The notes beneath the pieces are model-generated. The model had not been told where the DNA came from. It made no database searches and saw only the letters and a program-made list of their open reading frames with translations. A DNA stretch of 64,000 bases from Theionarchaea archaeon (lineage in GTDB: Archaea; Methanobacteriota_B; Thermococci; Methanofastidiosales; SZ-28-30): NCBI GenBank assembly GCA_018992685.1, contig JACVGT010000034.1:14735-78734 (forward strand). Direction: 5' to 3'. Positions within the stretch are counted from its first letter, which is position 1. Every line of letters begins with the position of its first letter. The translations under genes were made by a program, and so were the position numbers. Positions 1 through 9,391 of this stretch are shown here, piece by piece.

Positions 1-685
1 TATCGGACAGTATTGTTATCGCATTCTTTGCCTCCTCATAGATCTGTTCAAACCCCTGCAGGAACTCCTGGTACATAGAACATGTGAGAGAGAGTCCATC
101 AGCACCGGCAGCCCTCCCCACGGGGGCTATTCTCATAATGTTGATCAACCTTACCCCGTGCTCAATACACAGGGCAATAACTCCCGGTACCTCCAGGTAG
201 TTCTCCCTGTGCAGAACGTACCCCACTGACGTTGTGACATGGTGTTCGTGTAACAGGCCGAGCGCCTGCACTGCCTTTTCAAAGGAACCTTCTGCTCTTC
301 TGAATTGTTCATGTGTTCTGGGCGTTGAACCATCAAGGCTGACTGTAACCAGTCCAAGGTTGCACCTTCTCAGTCTTTCTGCGATGTCTTCATCAATGAA
401 GGAGCCGTTGGTGCTCATGGTAACAGAAATGGTGTTGTCAGACAGTCTCTCTAGAATATCAAAGATGTCCTTCCGCATCAAAGGCTCTCCACCAGCAATG
501 AACAGGTCAAAGATACCAATTCTCTTGAATTCATCCAGCAGCTCGAGAGCTTCCTGATGGTTCAATTCATCTGCACGCCTCTTACCGGCATCAGCATAAC
601 AGTGCTTGCATCTGAAATTGCATTCTGAAGTGACTTCCCAGAAGAGACGGAGAGGAAGCTTGACAAAATCGCGGAGCTCTTTCAT
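1..685 (-). CDS. Radical SAM protein (PqqE/SPASM-like), 3' end runs off window
   Basis: Manual translation from ATG 685: MKELRDFVKLPLRLFWEVTSECNFRCKHCYA...FIAGGEPLMRKD...VSLDGS; CxxxCxxC and GGEP motifs; abuts the PqqD stop codon; absent from ORF track. Confidence 0.9.
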   Translation of the reverse strand, partial: MKELRDFVKLPLRLFWEVTSECNFRCKHCYADAGKRRADELNHQEALELLDEFKRIGIFDLFIAGGEPLMRKDIFDILERLSDNTISVTMSTNGSFIDEDIAERLRRCNLGLVTVSLDGSTPRTHEQFRRAEGSFEKAVQALGLLHEHHVTTSVGYVLHRENYLEVPGVIALCIEHGVRLINIMRIAPVGRAAGADGLSLTCSMYQEFLQGFEQIYEEAKNAITILSD

Positions 686-958
686 CTACACCACCGTCAC
701 CAGATTCTTGCTCTTCAGGTTCTGGATGACTTTATGTACATCTTTGAGAGCCTTGTCTCTGGTGACGTTCTCATATTCCTCTACTACTTCATCGGCTATT
801 TCTTCAGCAGTTTTTTCTCCATCGGCGAGTTTCCAGATGAAAGCTGCCGTTTGATTCAGGACAATAATCCTGTTGTCAGTGGCAGTATAAAGCACAAGAT
901 TTTCATCCTCACTTCGCCATTTCACCTCAGCAATACGCTTCGGGATTACCTCCGACAT
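686..958 (-). CDS. PqqD-family RiPP recognition element (RRE)
   Basis: LNQTAAFIWKLADGEKTAEEIADEVVEEY...DV...L...NLV PqqD pattern; GGTGA RBS before ATG 958; TATA-like tttataag at ~989-996. Confidence 0.88.
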   Translation of the reverse strand: MSEVIPKRIAEVKWRSEDENLVLYTATDNRIIVLNQTAAFIWKLADGEKTAEEIADEVVEEYENVTRDKALKDVHKVIQNLKSKNLVTVV

Positions 959-1330
959 GATATCACCAGCATATTTCACTTCTTTATCCTTATAAAGATT
1001 TCTTTCGAATCCTATATCGTACAGGTTACTGTCTAAAACCGTGATTTGGAGACATCAATTAACTAGGAACTCTTACCCACGGAAAACTAGCAGTGTCGGC
1101 ACAAGGAATTGGAAAAGATATGAGAGGAGGGTTGCGGGTCATGGTGCTCATGGCAAAGGAGATGAAAAGAGAGAGTGAGAGTATCCATGTCATGGCCTGA
1201 AAGAATAAGAGACACGATACCTGCGACGGCTTTCTGTATACTCCATCCTGAGGCAATTGGATTCAATGAAATGACGCAGGAGTGCAGAAAGACTTTTAAG
1301 GTAGTAGGAATTGGGAGACATGGTGAATCT

Positions 1331-1462
1331 ATGGAAAAGGTGTGTCTTCTTGAGGAGCTTTCCAAGGGACAGATACATGTCAGTGGCCATGTACTCCTAG
1401 GACTCTCCAGAATGAAAGAGAACTGCTCCATATGGGCGATACCTGCCCTGAAGAGGGGGTGA
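1331..1462 (+). CDS. Small ORF, 43 aa (possible peptide), first gene of kinase operon
   Basis: GGTGA RBS then ATG 1331, downstream of BRE/TATA-like gaaagacttttaag (~1287-1300); MEKVCLLEELSKGQIHVSGHVLLGLSRMKENCSIWAIPALKRG. Confidence 0.3.
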   Translation: MEKVCLLEELSKGQIHVSGHVLLGLSRMKENCSIWAIPALKRG

Positions 1463-2457
1463 AGGTGGTGGAAGAGACACCTGGAATGACAAGGCTGAAT
1501 GTCGGGCTCAAGACTGCTCACCTTGGTCCACGAGAATGTGAAAAGCTCCAAAATCTTGATCAAAGAGTACACACACTGGATATTTACGGAGTTACGATTA
1601 ATGTCTGCACGAATTCAACCCTCTATTCTGAAGAACTTTCAGGAACCTATGAAAGGTTGATTACCAGTACATCACAGGACCCCGATGCAGTCATCCGTAT
1701 TCTCACAGTTCCAGAGGACTTACCTGTTATTCACCAGCTGGGCTATGAGGAGGAGAAAAATGTCCTCGAATATTCCCATGATGACTCGAGGCTGTATATC
1801 ATTCCTGAATCGACAGAGCCTGGTAACTTCTTCCTGTCTGTGATGCAGGTTGCTCTTTTCCGCATTTTGCTGGATCATAACATGTTCTGTGCCCATGCAT
1901 CTGCTGCATCTCTTGGGAATCATGGGGTCATCTTTTCAGGTGAGTCAAACTCTGGTAAGACCACCCTGGTCATGGCGTTGCTGGCAGAGGGACACAAGTA
2001 CTTTTCGGACGACTTTGTTCTCATACATACTGATACCATGATGTTACTGCCCCTGTGTTCTCGATTGAAGCCACGGGGAAAGACAATCTCGATGTTTCCT
2101 GAAATGGAGACAGAAGATGCGAAAATATACATGGAAACAGAAACCCAGGTGAGAAAAATCCTTTCTGTTGGGCGCACCTTTCCTCATCTTCTGAGCCCCC
2201 CCTGTCCCCTGACCCACATCTTTTTTCCAACATTCAATCCAGAAGGGGAGACAGTACTCCAGCCTGTGTCCCCCTCTGATGGAGTGATAGCCTTTCTGAA
2301 ATCCTGGATGCTGTACAGGACAGAGCCCACCAGAGTATTTCCCCTGATTTCAAAGATAGTGCGGGCCTGCAAGACCTATTCACTGGAATATCGAGATGCA
2401 CGGGAAGCTGTCAAGGACTTGGTCAGAGTCATCTTGGGTGAGGACAGTGTCTCCTGA
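1432..2457 (+). CDS. HPr kinase-related P-loop kinase
   Basis: HASAA, Walker A GESNSGKTT and SDD motifs of the HprK-like fold; true start may be 1465 or 1486. Confidence 0.8.
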   Translation: MGDTCPEEGVKVVEETPGMTRLNVGLKTAHLGPRECEKLQNLDQRVHTLDIYGVTINVCTNSTLYSEELSGTYERLITSTSQDPDAVIRILTVPEDLPVIHQLGYEEEKNVLEYSHDDSRLYIIPESTEPGNFFLSVMQVALFRILLDHNMFCAHASAASLGNHGVIFSGESNSGKTTLVMALLAEGHKYFSDDFVLIHTDTMMLLPLCSRLKPRGKTISMFPEMETEDAKIYMETETQVRKILSVGRTFPHLLSPPCPLTHIFFPTFNPEGETVLQPVSPSDGVIAFLKSWMLYRTEPTRVFPLISKIVRACKTYSLEYRDAREAVKDLVRVILGEDSVS

Positions 2458-3679
2458 CCTGTATGACGTACCGGCTGCAGTCTCAAAAATAGCTCTCTCA
2501 GAAGAGGAGCAGGAAGTCATATCGAGGAAGGTGACCTCGTGGAGTACAAGAGCGTGGAATTCTTTATTCAAGAGAGCCCAGGAGGAAGTGGTAATTCCTC
2601 AGGTCTACAAGAATCTCAGTGATCTGGAGATAAGGCCCCCCATGTGGAATGATGTCAAAGGACTGTACTACAACGCCTGGGTCCACAAGCAGAATCTGCT
2701 GTCAGAAGCTAAAAAAGTGGGAGACGTACTTTCTCACCAGGGAATTTCATTTCTCTTTCTGAAAGGGCTGGCTGTCGACAGCCAGTACCAGGGAAGCTGG
2801 AGAGCTATGGCAGATATAGATGTACTCGTGAAAGACTTTGAACCTGCACAAAAATCTCTCTCAGGTATCGGGTATATTCTCGACGACATGTGGACTGCTG
2901 AACAGGGAAGATTCGGGGTGGGGAACTTATACTGCAGAGAACGCAAGACGAAGATTGATCTTCATTTCGGCGAATATCCTGTACACTCATTGGGAAGTTT
3001 TCATCTCCCTGTATGGGAGAGGTGTAGACCAGGAGAACCAGTCACGTCTCTTGAGGACACTCTGCTGGTGCTTGCAGCTCATGTGTTCAACCACGGGTTT
3101 TATCTCATGCGAGACATCAACGATGTATACGTCATTCTCCAGAATGAGCTAGACTGGCAGTATGTAACACAAAATGCCAAGGCCTACCACCTGGAAAAGC
3201 CGTTATCCATGCTGCTGAAGGCCGCAGCCTCCGTGTATGGTGTCCATATAAACGACGTGTGTAAGAGCAGGTTTTCACTTCTCTATCAGTATGGCCGCAG
3301 AAGGCACACTTTTCAAGGACTGCTCCAGCTGCACCATCTCGTGGTTCTCTCCCACATGAAGAAACTGGCATCATACCCTGGGTACTGGTGCGCCTCACAT
3401 CTCACTACCGCACACCACGTTATTGATCCCCCCTGGATAGGAAGGGCTTCTCCCTCCTGGATCAATCGGACAGACCGAAAGCGATTGGGTGACATGAGTA
3501 AAGAGGTATTTCATTCCATATTCGGTGGTAATACAGCTGCAGAGCAGGGCATGCACTTCATGTGTGAACAGGGTGGCGTCTATGTAGAAAAACGAGATCT
3601 TCAGGAGAAAGACCTGGAGCGAGCAAAAGGAATTATCAGGTCTTCTGCCCTGAAAGTTGATCGAGACATATCAATCTGA
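2447..3679 (+). CDS. Nucleotidyltransferase family protein (NTP_transf_5-like)
   Basis: LKG...R.M.DIDVLV...IDLH...H...D pattern; GTG 2447 with GAGG RBS overlaps the kinase stop (ORF track start 2396). Confidence 0.82.
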   Translation: MSPDLYDVPAAVSKIALSEEEQEVISRKVTSWSTRAWNSLFKRAQEEVVIPQVYKNLSDLEIRPPMWNDVKGLYYNAWVHKQNLLSEAKKVGDVLSHQGISFLFLKGLAVDSQYQGSWRAMADIDVLVKDFEPAQKSLSGIGYILDDMWTAEQGRFGVGNLYCRERKTKIDLHFGEYPVHSLGSFHLPVWERCRPGEPVTSLEDTLLVLAAHVFNHGFYLMRDINDVYVILQNELDWQYVTQNAKAYHLEKPLSMLLKAAASVYGVHINDVCKSRFSLLYQYGRRRHTFQGLLQLHHLVVLSHMKKLASYPGYWCASHLTTAHHVIDPPWIGRASPSWINRTDRKRLGDMSKEVFHSIFGGNTAAEQGMHFMCEQGGVYVEKRDLQEKDLERAKGIIRSSALKVDRDISI

Positions 3680-3770
3680 GACACAAGGAACTGGGTCCTC
3701 AGGAGGACGTAGTAGATAGCGATTCTTCCTTCATCCAAACACACATGCCCCTTTTAGATTGCACCCAGGT

Positions 3771-4577
3771 TTAAAAGAAAACAAGTTTTCCACTCTTTTT
3801 TGCCAAATGTTCAAAGTAACCCAAGACGAACGAACCGAGACAGAATAGCAGTGCGCCCACTATGAGCTCACGAGCCAGCAGCATGGGTATGGGTGAGAAC
3901 TCCTCAATCACGGCGAGGCGAGCAGCTTCTATTCCGTGAGTCAGAGGAATTGCTTTTGAGATATATTGAAGAGATTGTGGCAGCATACCAACGGGAAACG
4001 TCACTCCACAGAAGAACATCGTAGCAGACAGCATCATGCTGACGATGGGATGAGGCTGTCTGTAATACAGAGCCAGACCAGAAAAAAGCAATCCAAATCC
4101 CATCATACTGATAACTGATAGAAATGCGATTACGATCATATACAGGGAGCCCAGAACCGACATTCTGAGGCCAAACAGGGTGACACCATACAGCAACACG
4201 ATGAAAATCCCGAATATTCCATCTCCTATGTGGATCGCAGATTTTGCAATATTGAGCAGAGGTCTATTCACCGGTGTAGAGAAGAGTAGTTCCAGTGTTC
4301 CTTCCCTGCGCTCATTGAAAACAAAGAACATGGGCCCCATCAATGTATTGAACGTAGAAACATACAGCGCATTTCCCACCACCACGAAATTGATGTAGGA
4401 CTGTGCATCCTGGCCTGTGAGGGCGGCCCCATAGTCAGATATGAGCACAAATGTCAGGACAAGAAAGAAGGGAACACCGAGCTTCACAACAACAAAATCT
4501 GGTGGGTTGATCCAGGTGAAAAGTGCCCTGTAGGTGAAGATTCCTGTTCTGAACACAAATTTCAATGTTCTCATCAT
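3771..4577 (-). CDS. ABC-2 type exporter permease
   Basis: Six hydrophobic segments; ERREGTLELLFSTPV and FPVGMLP motifs. Confidence 0.9.
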   Translation of the reverse strand: MMRTLKFVFRTGIFTYRALFTWINPPDFVVVKLGVPFFLVLTFVLISDYGAALTGQDAQSYINFVVVGNALYVSTFNTLMGPMFFVFNERREGTLELLFSTPVNRPLLNIAKSAIHIGDGIFGIFIVLLYGVTLFGLRMSVLGSLYMIVIAFLSVISMMGFGLLFSGLALYYRQPHPIVSMMLSATMFFCGVTFPVGMLPQSLQYISKAIPLTHGIEAARLAVIEEFSPIPMLLARELIVGALLFCLGSFVLGYFEHLAKKSGKLVFF

Positions 4578-4586
4578 TTTGATCCC

Positions 4587-5381
4587 TCAATAGACTGACA
4601 GTTTTCCATCTCTGACTGCTATTTTCCTGATGTACCTGTAGAGGACCACGGCAACCACGAAATACACTGCTGTCAGGAATGTAACCATAGCTGCGTCCAT
4701 CCAGAAGACTGAAGATTCCCAGGCGTTTTGTGACACTGATACCCTTACTGCGTCCAGAGCCCACGTGAGAGAAAGAGAATAGCTGATAGGCCTCACCCAG
4801 AAAGGCAAGACAGATATGGGGAACAACAACCCGCCGAGGACATAGATCATGTACTGCATTAAATTCATGAAATACGCAACCCTTCTGGTCAGCATATAGG
4901 CTGATGCTAAAACAAGCCCGAATACAGACAGTGTCACGATTGTCATGACGAGAGATACAAGAAACAGTCCGGGGGATTCAATGTGTATGGGAAGTCGTAG
5001 GACGAATTTCCCCACAGCCAGAACGGCTGCAACCGAGACCAGGCCAGTTGCAGCAGAAGAAAGGATCTTTCCGAAAGAGAATGTGAAGAGAGAAACAGGT
5101 GTCAAGAACATCAACTCCAACGTTCCCTGCATCCGTTCTTGAAAAATAGACTTTCCTCCAAAGGACAGCACCATGGCCCAGACTCCAATGAATCCACTGC
5201 CAAAGACAACATATGTTGCATAGTCCTGGGAGCTTGTACCTACAAATCTGTAGAGCATTATTACCACAAAGGCAACAAACACGGGCTCTACAAACGCATG
5301 TATCCCCCACAGGATGTCTGCCCGTTCGTGTTGCAGTTGAGAAATGAACCCACGTCTCAGTGAAATCCAGTATGGGTTCAT
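4587..5381 (-). CDS. ABC-2 type exporter permease
   Basis: ERMQGTLELMFLTPV and FPISVLP motifs; multi-TM. Confidence 0.9.
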   Translation of the reverse strand: MNPYWISLRRGFISQLQHERADILWGIHAFVEPVFVAFVVIMLYRFVGTSSQDYATYVVFGSGFIGVWAMVLSFGGKSIFQERMQGTLELMFLTPVSLFTFSFGKILSSAATGLVSVAAVLAVGKFVLRLPIHIESPGLFLVSLVMTIVTLSVFGLVLASAYMLTRRVAYFMNLMQYMIYVLGGLLFPISVLPFWVRPISYSLSLTWALDAVRVSVSQNAWESSVFWMDAAMVTFLTAVYFVVAVVLYRYIRKIAVRDGKLSVY

Positions 5382-5382
5382 T

Positions 5383-6369
5383 CTATGACCTCGTCAGTTC
5401 CAAGAATACATCTTCGAGCGTGGGGGACCCCTGTTCCACAGAGATGATTTCATGCGTTTTTTCCAGCAAAGAAACAATATCCTCCACACACACTTTGTCC
5501 TGATCAAGCCCAACCTTGAGTTTAGTTGTATTATCCTGTATTCCTGATTCTACATAGTGTACGCCCTTTCTACTGGTTAATACATGCTCAACCTGAGGAA
5601 CAACTCCCCTCAGCAGGATGGTGACGGGTGTGACTGTGCCGAATTGCCGTTTTAGGTTCTCGGGGGTGTCATTGGCTATCAACGTACCCCTGTGAATGAT
5701 GGCAACACGATCACAGAGCTCGTCTGCTTCAAACATGTAGTGGGTTGTAAGAAAGACAGTCTTTTTTTCTCGTGTGCACAAATTCCTGATAGTCTTTCGC
5801 AGCTCATGGGCAATGGTGGGGTCGAGTCCAAGTGTCGGTTCATCCAAGAAGAGTATGTCAGGATCATGGACCAGACCTCGTGCCAGGTGGAGACGTTGCT
5901 TCATTCCTTTTGAATATGTTTCCACCTTGCTGTCCGCTCTGTCAGCAATCCCCACGAGTTCCAGGAGCATGTCAATTCTGTCCATCCGCTCAGAAGAGTC
6001 GAGTCCGTAGAGTTCGGCAAATATACGCATATTGTCTCTCCCACTCAGTCTCCAGTAAAGTCCTCGTTCCCCCCCGAATACCACACTGATCCGTTTCCTC
6101 ACTTCGTTTGGAGCCTTCAGAATATCATTACCAAGGATGGTAGCGGTTCCTTTGGTAGGCAATAGGAGTGTGGACAGCATCTTGATCGTAGTAGTCTTTC
6201 CCGCCCCATTTGGCCCCAAGAATCCAAAAAGCTCGCCACGATGTACCGAAATATTCAGGTTGTCGACAGCTACAATGATTCTGCTTCCTTCACCTCTAAT
6301 TCTTTTGAAAAAGGAGGGGTATTCTATATATTCTCTTGAAATATCGTAAGTCTTGATTACTGATTCCAT
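5383..6369 (-). CDS. ABC exporter ATP-binding subunit (DrrA-like)
   Basis: GPNGAGKTT, YSKGM, LFLDEPT, TTH; start placed at ATG 6369 (GGAGA RBS, TATA ~6425-6432). Confidence 0.93.
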   Translation of the reverse strand: MESVIKTYDISREYIEYPSFFKRIRGEGSRIIVAVDNLNISVHRGELFGFLGPNGAGKTTTIKMLSTLLLPTKGTATILGNDILKAPNEVRKRISVVFGGERGLYWRLSGRDNMRIFAELYGLDSSERMDRIDMLLELVGIADRADSKVETYSKGMKQRLHLARGLVHDPDILFLDEPTLGLDPTIAHELRKTIRNLCTREKKTVFLTTHYMFEADELCDRVAIIHRGTLIANDTPENLKRQFGTVTPVTILLRGVVPQVEHVLTSRKGVHYVESGIQDNTTKLKVGLDQDKVCVEDIVSLLEKTHEIISVEQGSPTLEDVFLELTRS

Positions 6370-6934
6370 GAATCTCATCTCCGATGGCATGCTACGAGAT
6401 AAATATGTTTTCCTTCGACAAGAATATTTAAATTTTTCGGTGGTTATGGTCCTGGATTTCCTGAATTGACAAAGAAATCCCGGAACGCCCATTGAAAAGA
6501 AAGAAGCTTTGTGGAGAGAGGTAGAACCCACTGCTCTAGGAGAGCTCAGGGGGCTGTATACGTGTAGTTGATAGTCCATGAGATGTGTTACAAGAAGTTA
6601 GTGTGAAGAATACAGTGCCGTTTTTAATCGTTCTGCAAAATAAAACTCCAATTATGTCTTGGCTTTCGGGATACGGGAATACTTGAACTCAGAAGCGAAA
6701 ACCTTTAAATATTCTCGATCAACTCTCCCGCGGTGATCACATAAGACCATCAGTTTTCGCTCTTGAACAGTGGACGCACAGAATGCAGAACCCCGGTTTC
6801 AAGAACCCTATCAAGGAAATAAGACATGAAAGAAGGAGGCACACTCCAGCTGAAAGTGCTTTTCTTTCAATTGATTTGCCAGTTCTCTTCCAGAACTCCT
6901 CCATACCCGATGCTTGGACTTCTGAGGTGAATCT

Positions 6935-8545
6935 GTGAAAGGAAGATTCTCCGCAGAGAACAGACAGTGTCGAGCCCTCTTCGAATTAGCATCTGATGCT
7001 GTATTCATCTCAAGCCTGGAAGGAGAATATCTTGAGGTCAATGAAAGAGCGTTGGAAATGCTTGGATACAAAATCCATGAACTAGTAGGGAAATCCTGCA
7101 AAGATATTGTCCTCTCATGTGAATGCCCCGATGAACTACAGAAACGGGAAGTTCTGCTTGCAGGAGGGAACCTACCCGTATACCAGAGGACGTTTGTCCG
7201 CAAGGATGGGGGTGAAATTCCTGCAGAGGTCACAGCTGCCCTGGTTTGCGATGAAGAAGGGAATCCCTTGTATATTCACAGTATTGTGCGGGACATTTCT
7301 GAACGCAAGAACACAGAATTAGCCTTGGAAGAGAGTCAGAGGAAATTCAGACTGTTTTTTGAAAGCGATTCCGTGTACTCTTACCTCATTTCCCCAGAAG
7401 GGCATGTACTGGACATCAACCTGAGCGCTCTGATTACACTGGGGTTCAAGAAGGAAGAGCTTATTGGAGCATCCTTGATTGAGACAGTCTACTCACCGTC
7501 TTCGCGAAAAAAAGCTGGAGAACTGTTCAAGAGACGGAAAGAGGCAGGAAAGGCCAAAAATGAGGAATTGAATATAATCACCAAGAATGGAGACGAAAGA
7601 ACTGTCTTTTCGCGTGTTGATTCGGTGACAACTTCCAACGGTGAAGTGCTCTCATTTATTCTAATCCAGAGGGACATTACGGAGAAGAAAAGAATTGAAG
7701 AGAAGCTCTTCACAATATGCAAACTTTCCAATAAGATGACGTTATCCTTGGATTTTGATGAAATAATAAGTACAGCCCTGTACATTGCCAGAAGAGTCAT
7801 TGAGTTGCGCACAGCTGGCATTACGCTCATTGACGAGGAAAAAAATGAACTCTACATCGCTGGATCCTATAACGTTGACAGGAGAGTTGACGATCTGAGG
7901 TTCCCCCTGAAAAGCGAGGTTGGGATTACAGCGCACGTCGCTAGAACGGGTGAACCATACTACTCCCCCGATGTCTCAAGGGACACGTTATACCTCAAGG
8001 TGACACCAAACATCAGGTCTGAGCTCGCCGTTCCTCTCAAGATAGGAACCAGGGTCTTGGGCGTTTTTGACGCAGAAAGTACAGAACCAGATGCTTTTTC
8101 TGATTCAGACTTTCTCCTGTTGAGCATCCTTGCTTCCCAGACTGCTGGTGCATTGCAGAACTACAGCCTTTTTAAAGAGGTGTCCGATTTGAAAGATTTT
8201 AATGAAAGCATAGTCAAGAATATTGAGGAGGGCATCTTGATAGAGGACAGCAGGGGATTTGTAACCTTTGTGAATAAAGCATTTGAAGACATGATGGGAC
8301 GTGTCAGTGAAGAAATTGTGGGAAAGCACTGGAAAGAACTTCCTCCCAAAGAACTGGTGCCCCGAATAGAGGACGAAATCGAGAGAGCACCGAAAGGGAT
8401 CAAGAGACGATATGAAAGTGAAATTGTGAGAAAAGACGGGGAACGGACGCTGGTGGCCATAACGGCAATACCTCTCTTTGATGATGGAGGATTCAGGGGA
8501 GTGTTATCATTCTTTAAGGACCTGGGGAAGAGGAACGAATCCTGA
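6935..8545 (+). CDS. PAS-PAS-GAF-PAS sensor protein without output domain
   Basis: PAS/PAC ends RDISERK and RDITEKK; GAF GITAHVARTGEP...SELAVPL; GAGGTGA RBS before GTG. Confidence 0.85.
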   Translation: MKGRFSAENRQCRALFELASDAVFISSLEGEYLEVNERALEMLGYKIHELVGKSCKDIVLSCECPDELQKREVLLAGGNLPVYQRTFVRKDGGEIPAEVTAALVCDEEGNPLYIHSIVRDISERKNTELALEESQRKFRLFFESDSVYSYLISPEGHVLDINLSALITLGFKKEELIGASLIETVYSPSSRKKAGELFKRRKEAGKAKNEELNIITKNGDERTVFSRVDSVTTSNGEVLSFILIQRDITEKKRIEEKLFTICKLSNKMTLSLDFDEIISTALYIARRVIELRTAGITLIDEEKNELYIAGSYNVDRRVDDLRFPLKSEVGITAHVARTGEPYYSPDVSRDTLYLKVTPNIRSELAVPLKIGTRVLGVFDAESTEPDAFSDSDFLLLSILASQTAGALQNYSLFKEVSDLKDFNESIVKNIEEGILIEDSRGFVTFVNKAFEDMMGRVSEEIVGKHWKELPPKELVPRIEDEIERAPKGIKRRYESEIVRKDGERTLVAITAIPLFDDGGFRGVLSFFKDLGKRNES

Positions 8546-8593
8546 CGTGTTCTATTGGTGCTTTCAGCAGTGCGTCCCAATGACTTTCCCTTT

Positions 8594-9208
8594 CTAGGGT
8601 TTTCTTGCTGTCAGTGAAAAATGATTTGCTCTGTCAATATGAAGGTCAACGATGCAAAACCCTTCAAACAGTGAGAGAAGTTCCTCTTTCTTGAAATAAT
8701 GATGTGGAAATCCTTTTTCGCAGCCATCTAGTGGTACGAACGTATTGGGTTCGATTTCCTCTTGGCCCGTGCTGGGTTCATTCTTGGACACAGGCACTGT
8801 AACCCATATGAGTCCCCCCACTCTGAGAACACGAGTAATCTCCTGGACGGTCTTCCTGATATCTCTAACCCTGTTGTGATGGATTACCTGTATGCTTATG
8901 ACTGCATCAAAGTACGCATCATCATATGGCAACGTGGCCATATCATGAAGGGTTACATGTGCTGTCAGCTTTTGTTCCCCAAGAATTCTAATAGTATGTC
9001 CGAGGGCGGTAGGTGATGAATCCAGCCCATAGACATCGAACCCCTTTCGGGCAAGATAAACGACATGTCTCCCCGCCCCGCTTCCCAAGTCCAGGATGCG
9101 GTTTACCCTTTCTTCTGTGAACATACCAGCAATCACATCAATTCCAACATGAGGTTCCAGGGACAAAAACTCACCCCTCTTGTAGATTTCTTCCCAGACA
9201 TTCTTCAT
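8594..9208 (-). CDS. Class I SAM-dependent methyltransferase
   Basis: ILDLGSGAGRH motif I; FDAVIS; LRVGG. Confidence 0.88.
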   Translation of the reverse strand: MKNVWEEIYKRGEFLSLEPHVGIDVIAGMFTEERVNRILDLGSGAGRHVVYLARKGFDVYGLDSSPTALGHTIRILGEQKLTAHVTLHDMATLPYDDAYFDAVISIQVIHHNRVRDIRKTVQEITRVLRVGGLIWVTVPVSKNEPSTGQEEIEPNTFVPLDGCEKGFPHHYFKKEELLSLFEGFCIVDLHIDRANHFSLTARKP

Positions 9209-9391
9209 ACGAATTCTTTTTCCCAGCTCTTATAAAGGGTTTTGATGAGATCTATTCTCGTAGGGTGAGGCTTTGTACTTCGTTTTCGGAAAGAAGTCAT
9301 CTCTTGGAATTGGAACAGTCTTCATGCACGGCCAAGATCTGCTGCAAAGCTAGTAGAAATGTTTTTATGATATCTCTCGATATTTGTCATC

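Noticed and set aside
6370-6579. N-terminal extension of the ABC ATPase (likewise the long starts at 15328, 26721, 31684 and 45370)
   Set aside because: The extensions run through promoter or neighbouring-gene sequence; downstream ATGs fit the domain start, most with a nearby RBS or TATA.
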